A DNA stretch of 63,693 nucleotides, filler included, from Licmophora abbreviata (taxonomy: Eukaryota): assembly GCA_900291995.1 (NCBI GenBank). It is 16 parts of 16 records of this genome, joined end to end, with 100 filler letters (N's around TTAATTAATTAA, not from the genome) between each part and the next. Parts side by side here need not be neighbours in the genome. Positions count along the whole stretch, not along the records: positions 21,138 to 25,966 come from OLMU01000375.1; positions 26,067 to 27,083 come from OLMU01000377.1; positions 27,184 to 31,919 come from OLMU01000378.1; positions 32,020 to 35,728 come from OLMU01000379.1; 12 more parts are not named here. The stretch is one strand, 5' to 3'. This document shows positions 21,629 through 34,365 of the stretch, one piece after another (position 1 is the first letter of the stretch; every line of letters starts with the position of its first letter). The notes below the pieces were generated by a model. It was not told the origin of the DNA, did no database searches, and saw nothing but the letters and a program-made list of their open reading frames with translations. The translations under genes and the position numbers were made by a program.

Positions 21629-23455
21629 ATGCCACGTGCCGCTGCTACTCCCGTGATCGACCTCTGCGAGGTGGAAGAAGAAGCAGCAGGATGCGTGTCT
21701 TTGACTGAATCGGCCGTAGCGAGAATGCCTGCCGAAAATTCGAACGTGGTGTCTTTGCTGGACGACGACGACAGTACAGCCGCCATTGCTCTTACTCATC
21801 GTCGAAGCCTCAAGCGACGAAGACGACGGAACGAGCATCCGAATGAAGATAGAAAGCCTGCTGCTGTGACAGTCAACATCGAATCGGAAGTAGAGGTCGT
21901 CTTGACAAGTACGAAGAGCGCCTCGCCGCTTGATCGGATACTCGAAGTGTTTCCTGATGTACGCCTGCAGCACGCCCAGTCGTTGCTGGAGAAGGCATCT
22001 TCCGATGTCGCTCAGGTACTGACTATCCTCGGTGAAGGTTCGTTCCCCAAGGAAGAGCATCAAAAGAAAGCCCCTCCTCAAGGATGCGTACATCGCAGCG
22101 GCAATACTCTTGAGTTTCAGTATGACTACATGTCGATATCCTCCTTTACGCCATCAGCTTGCTACGTCAAGCAAGCAATTGATCAGCTTCTGGTAGATTT
22201 TCCCTTTCTCTCCAAGCCTGGAGCGAAAAACTTGCTTTATGTGGATCATAATCACTATGCGGTCACTTACAACAGCATCAAGGAGGCAATTCTGGGCGGG
22301 CCGCTGTCAAAGAATGAAGATAAGCAGGAAGTCCAGTACAGACTCTGGAAGAGCGCCGTGTCGGGAGTACCATTGACTGCGATACAGGAAGCTAGCGTAC
22401 AAAAGCTCCTGAGCGTCCGGGGAAAGGCGACTTTGGTCCGTCCGCGGCGCAAAAGTATCGGTGCCAATGTGACCGACAGAATCTTGAGCGACGAGATTCG
22501 TTTCAACCAGACAAAACTAGCGGAGTGGGAGAATCGAATGCGGCTTCTATTGCAACGCAAGCGAGCCCGGGCAAAGTCAGTAAAGGAGGGAACGTGCTTG
22601 GAGTGCATGTGCTGTTTCGATTCGGTTGCCTTCGAGGAAATGGTTCCCTGTCGACAAGAGGGGCACTTGTTTTGCATTGATTGTGTTCGTCGTTTTGCGG
22701 AATCTCAAATTTTTGGAGCTGGGAACTTTGGCATCAATTCGAAAACGAAAAAGCCTGCTCTCGAGCTCCTATGCATGAGTGGCGATGGCTGTGCGTCGGG
22801 ATTCGATCGAGCGTATATGACAAAAGCGCTCTCGGGCAAGGTCATGGAGAAGTACGACGAGCTTGCCTTCCACGCCAGTGTCAATGCGGCTGGTATTGGA
22901 GATAGCATGTGCGCATGTCCAAAATGTGGCTACGAAGCCGCTTTGCCGGAAACTCAAATGATCTTTCAGTGTCCTGTCGCGGAGTGCTGTTACGAGTCTT
23001 GTCGAAAGTGTGGACAAGAATCTCATATCCCGATGCGATGCGAGGAAGTTGAGCGTGACAAAGTGGAAACCAAAGGCCGTCTCAAGGTAGAGGAAGCAAT
23101 CTCGGAGGCCAAGATTCGGACGTGCCCAACACAGAAGTGTGGCGCGAAGTTTGTAAAGACAGATGGCTGTAACAAAATGACCTGCTCCAAGTGTGCGAAC
23201 TGGAGCTGTTACGTGTGCCGAAAGGCGATTCCCAAGAGCATTGGGTACAAACATTTCTGCCAGAAGTTCAATTGTACTCATGAGACGTGCAATGGGTGTC
23301 CGCTCTACACGAAAACGGAGGAAGACGATAAGCGCGCGATGCGCGAAGCGGGCATCGAAGCAGCTGAGAGAGTTCACGAAGAAAGCCTACGATCCGTCGA
23401 TGGGAAACAGCCGGCCATTTCAGATGTTCGAGTCGATGTAGACAGCTTGCTGTGA
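21629..23455 (+). CDS. RBR E3 ubiquitin ligase, RNF216/TRIAD3-like, with CUE-like domain and SUMO-interacting-type motifs
   Basis: RING1 CMCCF..CRQEGHLFCIDC, IBR CPKC..CPVAECCYESCRKCGQESH, RING2 CPTQKCGAKFVKTDGCNKMTC. ILEVFPDV (CUE-like). Confidence 0.9.
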   Translation: MPRAAATPVIDLCEVEEEAAGCVSLTESAVARMPAENSNVVSLLDDDDSTAAIALTHRRSLKRRRRRNEHPNEDRKPAAVTVNIESEVEVVLTSTKSASPLDRILEVFPDVRLQHAQSLLEKASSDVAQVLTILGEGSFPKEEHQKKAPPQGCVHRSGNTLEFQYDYMSISSFTPSACYVKQAIDQLLVDFPFLSKPGAKNLLYVDHNHYAVTYNSIKEAILGGPLSKNEDKQEVQYRLWKSAVSGVPLTAIQEASVQKLLSVRGKATLVRPRRKSIGANVTDRILSDEIRFNQTKLAEWENRMRLLLQRKRARAKSVKEGTCLECMCCFDSVAFEEMVPCRQEGHLFCIDCVRRFAESQIFGAGNFGINSKTKKPALELLCMSGDGCASGFDRAYMTKALSGKVMEKYDELAFHASVNAAGIGDSMCACPKCGYEAALPETQMIFQCPVAECCYESCRKCGQESHIPMRCEEVERDKVETKGRLKVEEAISEAKIRTCPTQKCGAKFVKTDGCNKMTCSKCANWSCYVCRKAIPKSIGYKHFCQKFNCTHETCNGCPLYTKTEEDDKRAMREAGIEAAERVHEESLRSVDGKQPAISDVRVDVDSLL

Positions 23456-23540
23456 TGAGTGACGCTGAGGCGCAGCGATATAAACACGACACATAACGAC
23501 ATTGTGAAAATAGAAATCATCACGATGCAACCAATCGCTA

Positions 23541-26228
23541 CTAGGACCACCCCGTATTAACAATCTTCTTCTGGCTCATGCCGCGGACCACCGACAGTAC
23601 GCCCAATATACCTACAACAATGAGCGCCAAAAGGGGTCGATTGAAGCTCTCTGGTAGCAAGTCGAATCCCTTGGAAGGAGACATACGAGTGAAGAATATG
23701 TCCGGGCCTCCGACAGCGAGAATGAGTGACTGCGATTCGAGAGCCGCAGGGGCAGAAAGTACAATCTTAGTACCATGCACGGTCTGGTTGTACGAGGGTG
23801 ACCACTGTGGGATGAAGTTCAGTAGAGGATGGTACCTACTCGTAGACGAGGATGTGACAATGACGGTAACAAAAGGTAAGCACATGAATGGACATGAACG
23901 GAGAATATGGCCAGGATCATCCTTCACAAAGATACAAAAGTGTACTTACTGGTAGAGACCTTCAATCTTCTCGGACTCTTTGACACTGCCCGTTGGCCTT
24001 CGCGGTTCAAGAACCTGGCGACTCAGTGACATAATCTTATCGTCTCCAGTGGCGAAAAGAACATGCTTTGTGCTGATACCCCCACGGGTCAAGGTAATGC
24101 CCAGAGCAGTAACGGGCTTGGACAGACCATATGTCTTGGTAAGAACAACAGGTTTTGAATCTCGAGCCTCCATACTGGAAAAGGACATGGCTTGTTCTGG
24201 AGAAGTAAAGGCAGTGAGCCCGTTCTTGTCAATCATTCCTTCGTAGAGACTCAGCACGCCGAGCTCTGTCCTTCTGGTCTTCTCGCTGAAGAAGGCGTAA
24301 ATCACCCAGTTCTCTGAGACAATCACGGGTACATCCTGCCCAGCTTGTGCATTCGAATGGCTGGCACGGTACAGCACACGCCCCGAGACTGTGTCCATCA
24401 CGTTGACGAACAGATTCGGATTATCTTCCGATTGTACTGGTGTGGCGGTTTTTGGATCATCTCCTGGCTGTGTCACTCCCTTTGGCTTTCGCTTGCTTTT
24501 CTTGGATAGCGCCGTTGCAAAATCACCAGTCTCCGTTTCCTTGGCCATCGTCACCACCACCACAAGGTGTGGATTAAGATACTTGAGAAGGAGCGAGTCG
24601 TCGCCTAGTACAGTCGAAGGTGACTGCACGACGTCCTCGCGCTGCGGATACGACACCGTGACAATGCTTTCGCCGGGAAACGCCGTGCGCCCGACAGGAA
24701 TTGTAGTGAAAGAGGCGCCATTTGAACTGATTTGATACGATTCCAAAGCAGCCTGGTCTCGATTAATAACATGAGCGTACATGCCGTTACGATGGGAACC
24801 AATGTGATCAGAGATTGCTGAAAGAGTCTTCTCGCCGTCCGGTACAGCGTGTACAGCACCATTCTTGTCTAGCAGTAGAGCGCCTTGTTGGCAAGCCCCA
24901 CCACCGTGCACAGGAAGTACCTGCGCTACCGAAGCCAGCGCAGCGATAGAGCCAGATGAATGGATCGCACCAGTGGTGCCTTCCATGCAGGTCCATGCGA
25001 TTTCCACGGTGCCATCCGCCTGCGGAATGCTCGACAGCAACAGAATCTCCGGACTGTGAGCTCCGATATTCATTGCATGAACGCCCGCGGTGGAGCTGGA
25101 AGTACCATGGACAAGCGTGTGCCATTCCGCAGCTGCAGGCAAGTCCACTTTCCAACTGACAGATCCACGGGTGTTGCCGGATGTGAGCATGCCCCACACG
25201 CGGTGGGCAGACGACGATAATAGTACGGCCACCTTGACAAATCCAAAGTCGTGGTCACGACTGGTCGGTGTGCCCGTGCGAAGGATCATCGACTTAAGAT
25301 CGTCCACCTGCAGCTTGAGTCGTGAAGCAAAGGTCAAGTTCTGCAGTGTCGCCAGCTGTTCCTCCTCGGAGATGGTGTCGAGGACGGGAAGTGAATGATG
25401 ACTTGCATCCAACAGAAGAGCCGAGGATACAGAAGAAAGTCCCTCTTCCTGGCTCCAAGCAATACTCACACCAACTCCGTCCGCCGAGGTTTTCGCGAAC
25501 GTCAACTGCATGGTGGTTCCCAGGGACGTCGTGAGTAGAGCGGACATGGAATCGGCATCGCAGTGAATTACCGTGAAACCAATTACGGAGTCCGTTTTCG
25601 GAATTAGATTGTCGTCTCCAGTCACACTGACTGCATGAAGAGGATTCAGCAATCGATGGCGCTGTGTCCGAGTCACCGCGGACCCTTCTCCACTTGTCAG
25701 ACTGGCCTCGCCAACGGAGAAAGCTTCAAACTTCGATTCTCCGAACGACAGACTCACGACAAGACTGGCCACTGGACAGAATGCAATCGCATCGAATTCG
25801 GTTTCTTCCTCTCCCTGTACACCATACCACTGGTCCCAGAGCTGATCCGACGGTTCAAACCGAAACAGAGCCGTGGAATCTCTCGGGGGTACATAGCGAT
25901 TGTCCTGGCCTTGGATTCGGATGAGGCCCGGTTCCGTCGTGGTCTCCAGGCGCTCCATGGACGTCCNNNNNNNNNNNNNNNNNNNNNNNNNNNNNNNNNN
26001 NNNNNNNNNNTTAATTAATTAANNNNNNNNNNNNNNNNNNNNNNNNNNNNNNNNNNNNNNNNNNNNATAAATCACTCGCGTTCCTAGGCCATGTCCAGTC
26101 GTGGCGACAAGAAAGTCATTAAGACCAGCTTCATCTTCCAGGAGACCAAAGGTAGGAGGACTGATGCAAAAGGCAAGAAGCAGGGCGAACGTCCACGAAG
26201 CAAACAGTGGAAGGCGGATCATGACCAA
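23541..26228 (-). CDS. EMC1: ER membrane protein complex subunit 1; spans a gap and intron 23949..23836
   Basis: Signal peptide + LLEDEAGLND, VLGDDSLLLKYLNPH, VSENWVIY, LEPRRP, LESQSLILAVGGPDIFFTRMSPSKGFDLL and a C-terminal TM. Confidence 0.93.
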
Positions 26229-26539
26229 ATCTGTTCCTCTTCTCTTCGTACGTCGTATTTTCTATCGGTTTCCAGCTAAATACTTATAGCAAACTTCTCC
26301 AACGACCTGGGGAACGATTCTTGTTCTCTCTTCTCCAGATTTAGCGTTGTAAACGGCGTCGTACCGTCAATCTCGCCATTGCTGTGCGGAAGCTTGGGGC
26401 TTCGCGGACGTCCGCTCATCTTCATGACCCTGGCCGTCACCCGTCTTCAAAAAGTCTGTCCTCGCACCGGCACCGCGTTCAGCGCGCGAGCAAAGTTTCT
26501 CGAGGGATCACAAAAACACAAAAACCTTTCGTCTTGACC

Positions 26540-27584
26540 ATGGCACAGAGCAACGGCTGTTGTCACTCAGGAATGCTTGTTTCGAGCCGTCTCAGTATCA
26601 TCTTAGTCAGAGTATACCTTCTATGTATACTTCTGGATCGTCGTGAGTACTCAGTGGAGGCATGGACGCCTCCTCAGACTGCGACAGGTCGTCGCCATCA
26701 AGTATGGCCCGCACCAGCTCATGGACGGCGAAGAATTACTGTTTTACGTTCTGCGGATAATTCCTCTGTAACAAACGCACCATCGACGATTCGGACGGCG
26801 AAGGATCAATTTCTTGAATCTCTTGACGAACAAGACTGCCTGAATGACGCGAATCAAGAAAGAACTCGTCTTTTGAATGTCATGATGCAGGACAAGATAG
26901 AGGTTCCGGTTGACGAGCTCATCATGCAACAGCAACAACAACAAACACACTCGTCGCCGTCAACAAAACCAACGCAGCTGTACTCTGTGGAGAACCCGGG
27001 TTTGACAAAATCCATGCTCCCCGTAGCAGCCGGTACCTGGAAGGTCGTTTATGCGCCTCACATGTGCACCATGATGAGACTCGNNNNNNNNNNNNNNNNN
27101 NNNNNNNNNNNNNNNNNNNNNNNNNNNTTAATTAATTAANNNNNNNNNNNNNNNNNNNNNNNNNNNNNNNNNNNNNNNNNNNNACATGAGCGCCATGATG
27201 CGACTCGGGGGCGGCGTTCTGGATGTCCAGTACGTGCTCCGCAAAGACGGCAGTATGGAGAGTCACGCCAAGTGCGACTTTCCGTGGTTGTTGGATGCAA
27301 ATCCATTGCTCTTGTCAGTCAGTGGAACATTCGGGTCTGTATCAAAAACAGTGTGTCGGGTTGACTTTGACCATGCGTGGGTGAGAACGAATTCTGATGA
27401 GCCCTATCCCAATGTCGATGATGTGCCCGAGTCGTTGACCAAATCGTTCATCGACGCAACTGGCAAGCTTCTATTTCTCGAGGAGTTTTCTGTCTTTCCC
27501 GTTTCATTTCTCGACAGTGACTTGATTGTCTTTGATTTCGAGCTATTGGGAACGAGAATTTGTGCACGAAAAGTGTCTGCTTGA
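26540..27584 (+). CDS. Second fibrillin/PAP-like plastid protein; spans a gap
   Basis: Presequence ending VEA-W, AGTWKVVYAPH, and C-terminal VSFLDSDLIVF. Overlap across the gap at 27084. Confidence 0.65.
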
Positions 27585-27632
27585 CAAATGAGCAGGCGTT
27601 CTTCTACCTACGAGTAATGTAGTTAGAGATAG

Positions 27633-29763
27633 CTATTCTGAGATACCCCTTATCCTGGCGAGCCGTTTGAGGGCCTTCTCGGCAACTTGCTTCGCGCCCA
27701 TCAATACCAGCGGGACGCCGTTCCCAGGGCGGGTGCTTGCTCCAACGAAGAGAACGTTTGGAAGGCCCGAAGACGCATGTCCAGGTCGTGTGAGACTTAG
27801 CTGCCGAAATCCGTGGCTCTGGTGGAAAAGTAGCGCGAAAGATTGAGAATTATTAACAGGGCCTCGAGCAATATTCACGCGATCTGCAGACTTACCATGG
27901 CAAAGGGTGTGCCTGCCGCGACGTTGTAGAAATCTGCGTAGTGGGATGGGGTATCAACCACCTCATCCACAATATGCTCATTCAGATCTACCAGAGATTC
28001 CAATGCTCCAAGCCTTTTCAGAACTGCCTGTCTAGCCCGATCAATTACTTTCTCGTCAAATTGCTCCTTGTATTTCTTTATGGCTTCGTCTCGATCCAAT
28101 CGAGCGTAGTCGTCTCGGCGCACCAAAGTCGGACATGGCACCAAGATTAGAATCGCGTCGCATCCCTTGGGCGCGGCAGTTGGATCTGTTTTGCTGGCAC
28201 GATGGACATAGAAGTTGAAAGGCTCTAAAGAAGTTCTGTCATCATGTTGTGATGGGTCTCGCACTACGCTCCAACTAGCCTCTGCCTCAGACCGGCTGTT
28301 GACAACGAGAAAAACGTTGTGTGTGTTGAGATCCTCAAGCACACTGTCTACAGACCAATGAAATGCTATCACGCCACTGCTAAAGTCGAATTGATCGTCC
28401 CAATCATATCGAGGCAACGGTGAAGCATTTGAAGCAGGCAAAAGCGTCTTGGTCGCGAAGGGAAGATCTGCATTGACCACCACGAGGTCAGCGGGCAAAA
28501 ACATGCTCTCGCTGTCTGCCAAGCTTGTATCTTTTACGTGTATACCCGTGGCCTCAATACCTGTCACCATCTTTTCGCAGTAGATTTTGACCCCTTTCTC
28601 GTCTGCAAGGCCCCGAAAAGCATCCGTAACCGAACGAAATCCTCCTACGGGTGCAAACACTACATGGGGTTGTTGTGAGTAAGCAGGGGCGTGTGCAATC
28701 GATCCACAGGCTATGCTCCACAATTCACACATACCTCCAGCATTCCTATTGGATGGATGTAGCTCAATTGCTGCCAGGAGACCGAAGACAGCGGGCGCAG
28801 TTTTACGAAGCACGCCACCGCCTAGCTCTTCGTCATTCTTGTAAGGTTCGAGTCCCACGTAGAGATTTTGAAAGGAGGCTAGGGAACGCATCTTTTCTGA
28901 TGCAAACGTTGCATCGAGTACGTCCGAGTGAGGCCTGAGTGGCCAAGACTGATTGAAAGGATTACATGGGTGGGGTCTGTGAGCGTAAGAGGCAGCAGGA
29001 TTAACGATGATTGAGTATGATTCACCTTTCCCCAGTCTCGAAGAGCCTCCCGGATGAACGCAGGCATTGTCTTCAGGTCCAATCGTTCCTCAATGAAGTT
29101 GGGCAAGCCGCAGTCCAGGAAAGCGGATGTTGCTTCCATGTACGCATCCCACTTCAACGCACCATTCGGTTCGAAACCGTTCATCTTAGAACGAGACTGG
29201 TTCTCGGCGACAAGAATCTCCTCAAATCTTCTGGATGATGCCGGAAATCCAAGTTCAATTGTATCCCCGTCATCGAAAACTACTTGATAAGCCGGTACGC
29301 ACTGCTTCATATGCAGACCATATCGCTCGGAACACTCAGCGAAACAATCATGAAACAATTCTCGGTAGACTTGTGGCAGAAGTAGCAAACTGGGCCCACG
29401 CTCATGTCGAAAGGTGCCGAGCTTGGTGTCGACATTGAATGAGCCACATCGGCCGCCCAGAAGGGAGTTCTTTTCCAAAACGACGACCTCAATCGATGGA
29501 GATGCAGAGGCGATGCGTGCCGCTACTGATAGACCCCCAACACCTCCTCCCACTACAACCACCCGTGGTGTGCCTGGCGTTGATGTTTGGAAATCTGCGA
29601 ATCGGCTCGTCGTGGAAGATGATGCTGGTGAATTGATCGGCGCAGAAGGTGAAGAAAAAGCTTCAATATTGACATTGTCCAACAAATTTACAACCATCAG
29701 GAACAAATATACTCGGAGGGGTGATCGAGAGCGTAACATGATGACAGGGCAGGCACCATTCAC
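27633..29763 (-). CDS. CrtI-type phytoene desaturase / carotenoid oxidoreductase family, plastid-targeted, 3 exons
   Basis: VVVGGGVGGL..LEKN..GGRC, ERGPSLLL, SFQNLYVGLEP, VVVNADLP and C-terminal LFVGASTRPGNGVPLV. Introns 29025..28949 and 27895..27819. Presequence IEA-FSSP. Confidence 0.88.
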
Positions 29764-30273
29764 CGATTTGCGGGCAACCCTTCATCATGGTTTATGACGG
29801 ACGAGTTGAGATTTGAGATTTGATTGAGTGTCGCCATCATCATATCTCGACCGGTACCGGTACATGTGCGAACTCTTTCTTTCCAAAAGAGACAAAGAAA
29901 GCTCGTGAGTTTCCATTCTGATTTTTTGAGTCGGATGAGTCAACTTCTTTCTTCCAGAATCTTTTCTCGCCCATCTCGACTGACCGAAGTCCTTCACTCT
30001 ATGTGGAAGCGACGATGACTTCTAACGAGCCGTAACCCAAGAAAAAACTGTAGGTTTCTGTCCTAACTCTAATGTGTACAGGTGTGATAATAAGTAGAGG
30101 ATTCGTGCAATCTAGAAGTACTGGTTTAACTAGTGCAAAGTGCAGCAAAGCACCTGCGCAGTCAAGCGTTGGGTGGTGATGGTTGTTGACACTCTCTCAA
30201 AGAAAACGTCAAGAGAGCATCATAGAGTATGCAATGTTGATGGTACAAAATTCCGAGATGTCAGGACGTCTTC

Positions 30274-30762
30274 CTACTTGTCTTCATCGACGGGAACGAT
30301 GTCGCAGACAATTCCGTTCTTTCGCAGTGCATCGTAGTACATTTCAGCAACTTCGTAGCACCATCGTCCAACAACAGCGATACCATTTTGATGCGCCTGC
30401 ATCATCGTCTGGTAGGCAGTGACCTCTGACATACCCGTAACTTGCACCAGAGATCGAGCCACGTGCTCTCGTGTGTTGAGTCCATCGTTGTAGATCCGCA
30501 CTTCCCATGCCTCACCACCAGTGCGCTTCTGTTCCTTGACAGGATCTTCCGTCTTTTCCTTGGGACGCTCCAATACAGCGGGGCCATCGCCGGTCTTCAC
30601 GGTTTCCTTTTCAATCACAGCAGGGCTCATGGAAATGGCGTTCCGTTGCAAACCCCAGACGGCCGTAGACGATCGCGGTGAGATTGAGCGAGCCGTGAAG
30701 GCCATTGTGGATCCGATCATAACGGACACAAGCAACACGATGACTTTCAACGAGCGAACCAT
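30274..30762 (-). CDS. clpS: Plastid ClpS adaptor (N-degron recognition)
   Basis: Signal peptide + TMA-FT; VRIYNDGLNTREHV..AYQTMMQAHQNGIAVV..AEMYYDAL. Confidence 0.9.
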   Translation of the reverse strand: MVRSLKVIVLLVSVMIGSTMAFTARSISPRSSTAVWGLQRNAISMSPAVIEKETVKTGDGPAVLERPKEKTEDPVKEQKRTGGEAWEVRIYNDGLNTREHVARSLVQVTGMSEVTAYQTMMQAHQNGIAVVGRWCYEVAEMYYDALRKNGIVCDIVPVDEDK

Positions 30763-31344
30763 GCTTCCAAAAAAAAGTGACTGTAAGAAAGGAAGTCAAC
30801 AGGAGACCAAAGATAATGGGTGTAGCAGTCGGACGACGGGACAGTGGTTGCAAAAGTACAGAGCTTTCGCCAGCTTCACTCGCTCTTGCTTCGTGTTTTG
30901 GTGGCCACCAATCAAGCATCGATCGTCGCTTGCGTTCCTTCGTTTCACGCGCATACGTAAGTCTGTTTTCTACGTGAAAACACGTAGAGAAGCTACTGGG
31001 AGTGCAAAACGGCCCGAAGAAGCAACACCAGCTCAGTGGCTCAAGCATACAGGGATCTCCTGATTTGTATAGTATTTTAGGGTGTCAAGCAAAACATCAA
31101 TGCATAAGTAAACACTTATGGTGCGATCTCTATAGAAGTCTTCTTCAACGTGAGTCATCAGCTTAGTCGATGGAGTCGATTCGATCTCCCCAATGACGGG
31201 GCTCGAGACGAGGCGATGATGGCTGATGGCAAACCGTGTTGCCGGTTGCTGCCTCCTGATCGAGTGAGAGAAAAAGCGTAAACTCAAACCTGAACGTAGC
31301 CTCTCCACCCAAAGTTTCGGTCCATACCGGTACCTGTACACTAT

Positions 31345-32745
31345 ATGCCGTCGACCAGCATTCATCCCGGGTCGGCGGGCTTTTGCTTTCTGGATTTTGA
31401 CATCGACCGTCACCGCCAAAAGCTCGCAGTCGCTGCCGCTTTCGTCAATGCCACTGATTCACGATACGGACTTAGATCGTCTGATCTACGATTGCTCGGG
31501 GGGTCGGAGGTGGCACGATTAGAAGAAATGATTGCGGGGGATCATGAATGGGGCTCGAAACATACCAAGTGCGGTGGAATACAGGTGCGGCCTCCCGAAG
31601 CTGGAAATCGTATCGTGGTCAAGTTGTATTGGGATGTTGCGCCTTTAGCATGTGAAAACTTTGCCACATTGTGTGCGAATGGGTCGGTGCTGCCGCAGGA
31701 ACGCAAGGCCAAGCAGATACCTATTGGCGAATCGGGCAAGCCATTGACGTATCGCGATTCCGTTGTGCACCGCGTGATACCCAACTTTGTCGTGCAAGCC
31801 GGTGATTTTGTTTTTGGAAACGGATCAGGGGGTGAGAGTGCACTTGGAAAGAAAATTTTCAAGGACGAACGGGCTGGACTATGTTTGAAGCATGATCGAC
31901 GAGGAGTCTTGTCCATGGGNNNNNNNNNNNNNNNNNNNNNNNNNNNNNNNNNNNNNNNNNNNNTTAATTAATTAANNNNNNNNNNNNNNNNNNNNNNNNN
32001 NNNNNNNNNNNNNNNNNNNCAGTGGCAAGAACTCCAACACTTCGCAGTTCTTCATCACGTTTGACGAGGCACCGCAGTGTGATGGAAAACACGTTGTGTT
32101 CGGTGAAGTTGTGAGTGGGTTTGAGGTACGGTTTCGTTCTGGAGTCGCCTTTGTTTGGCTTGCCCGGGGCGACGCAAGTTTTCACCTTCATCGTGCTGTT
32201 CCTTTTTGTAGGTGCTTAACGACATAGAACGCTTTGGGAGTAAGGAGGGAGCACCTACGGTGCCAATTTCTATTACCGATTGCGGTCTGTTTACTCCCCT
32301 CCGCACTGCAGGTGCGGGATACTGGTACGATTCGCCAGATGAGGAGGCGTACTCTGGCGTGTCGCCAGTTTTCATGGTGCGGCCGCGGGTAGCGGTGCTC
32401 GGCCCTTCGACGTCGGTCTTACAGAGGTTCCAGAAAGCGATAGGATCGCAAGGGATGATTGTTCAAGCGTTGTCGGTGGAGGATTTTGAGGGAGATGAAG
32501 CGATTCAAATGAGAATCCAAACTCTGTTAGTCGGTTTTATGGTCGACGTGGTACTGGTGGCGCCAGCCTGTAGAGATAGGGTTCAGGCAATACAGCTACC
32601 GGGTAGCTGGCAAGAATACGATGGCAGCACTGCCGTGGAAAAGGTAGTACTCGAGTGCAAGCCTATTGAAGCACTGTCAATGATCTGGAAGCGATCGTGG
32701 ATGCGAGCGCGAGAGGCATGGCATCTCGACTGTTCTCCATCGTAG
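31345..32745 (+). CDS. Cyclophilin-type PPIase with N- and C-terminal extensions; spans a gap and intron 32126-32211
   Basis: [67 protein letters not shown]. Confidence 0.9.
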
Positions 32746-32824
32746 CAAATAGATCGCTCGATAGGACATGCCACAATATGGCTTTCCTATGCCACTGATT
32801 GCTTACTGAACAGACTGCTCTGAC

Positions 32825-33973
32825 TTAACGACTCATTATGACCTCGATGATATCTTCGTCCTCCATGTCATACGATTTTGGAGTCTTTTGGGGATCCATG
32901 GCTTCCCCGTCAAACTCGAATCTTACCTGCGCCGAACTGCCCGCTTTCTTGTCTTTCCTGTACTTGTCAAAAAGCTTCTGAAGCGGTTCCTGCTCTCGAA
33001 TGCGGAAAACGTCCTGCGTGACTGCTTGAGTTTTACCAACTTCTCGCGTCCGCAGCCTGAGGGCTAGCGTGGCACCAAGGCTTCTTGCAGGTGCAGCACT
33101 TACACCAACAACTCCTAGCGATCCCTCAACAATGACGTCTATCAAGTCGTCGTCTTCCATATCGAGAGCAGCGGGTGTCGTATTCAAACCGACGCGCTCT
33201 CCGTCGAAGGAGAGCGTGACTCGAGTATATGATGCGACACCCCTTTCGGCTCGATAGCGTTCCAGTAGTTTCTGAAACGGCTCGCGTTGTCGAATTCTCA
33301 TGGCATCTGACGAAACAACATTGCGTTTGCCTTGTACAATCTGACTCGTACGCACTTGCAAACGGAACGTCGGGCCGAGATTCGTGAGAGGTGCCGACGA
33401 CCGAGCGGGTGCGAAGGCTATCCCAGCAAACGACACTCCAGGCGAATCCACATTCACCACCGGTTCTGGAACATAAACATCCTCCGCATGGTAGTGCTGT
33501 GCTGCCGATAGCTGAGACCGAGCGCGTTGGGCTTCCACCAGCTTGATAGACACATCAGTGCTACCAGCAAATCGTGGTCGGTGGAACTGCTCATTGATGC
33601 CTCCTGCGACCTCATCATCTGAGCTTAGCTCCAAGAGATCTTCTTGTTTAGGTTTCGTCTCGGTACCTTTCCTCTCTTCCAAGACTTCAATGTCAGAGTC
33701 GTCATCGGTGTTCTTCTGTGCAGCGCGTTCCATATGATGCTTGAGCGACGTCTTCTCTTGTCGTCGCTCAAGCTTCTCCAGTGCTTTGTCAGATACCGAC
33801 ATATTGCATCGTGTTCGCCCTCGCTTCGCGGTCCCAGGCGACTCTTCGTCCAGCCCAGGGCGTTTCTTGCGAAACTTGACCTTTTGAAATGTGAACGGGT
33901 CGTCGTCCGACGAGTGGTCGTCATTGGCATCGTCGAACGTGTCGTCCCACGGATCTGATCCGCTGTCACTCAT
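32825..33973 (-). CDS. Rad60/Esc2/NIP45 (RENi) protein with tandem SUMO-like domains
   Basis: Two SLDs (LSFDGERV..TPAALDMEDDDLIDV; FEFDGEAM..TPKSYDMEDEDIIEV) and acidic SIM-like IEVL/LLEL. Confidence 0.88.
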   Translation of the reverse strand: MSDSGSDPWDDTFDDANDDHSSDDDPFTFQKVKFRKKRPGLDEESPGTAKRGRTRCNMSVSDKALEKLERRQEKTSLKHHMERAAQKNTDDDSDIEVLEERKGTETKPKQEDLLELSSDDEVAGGINEQFHRPRFAGSTDVSIKLVEAQRARSQLSAAQHYHAEDVYVPEPVVNVDSPGVSFAGIAFAPARSSAPLTNLGPTFRLQVRTSQIVQGKRNVVSSDAMRIRQREPFQKLLERYRAERGVASYTRVTLSFDGERVGLNTTPAALDMEDDDLIDVIVEGSLGVVGVSAAPARSLGATLALRLRTREVGKTQAVTQDVFRIREQEPLQKLFDKYRKDKKAGSSAQVRFEFDGEAMDPQKTPKSYDMEDEDIIEVIMSR

Positions 33974-34365
33974 AGCAGCCAAGGAAGGGCATTCGCGGGA
34001 AGACGAAAGGGCACAAAGTCGTGATGAAAAGCTGCCGTCACGGGTGCCTCGTGGTTGCTGTGTCATTGTGAGATGTCGTCATGCCGCGCTTAAAAATCCT
34101 TGTCGTAGACTTAGCGTAGTCTACGTTAGCTTTAGTAGTCTTTCTACATAATGTGCCGATGCGAGGAGAGGCATCTTCGAAAGGCACGCCCCCACGAGCA
34201 TAATAAGAGAGGTTGTCTTATGCAGGCGCGAGAAGTGCAGAGGACTATGATAGTGCTAACGCACTTGAAGCACTTTCAACGTTCAGGTTGTAGAAGGGCG
34301 GCCTACTTTTCGTCTAGAGAAGCAGCGAGCTATCCTAGTAACAGCTTGCAATAAGCCAGTGGACA

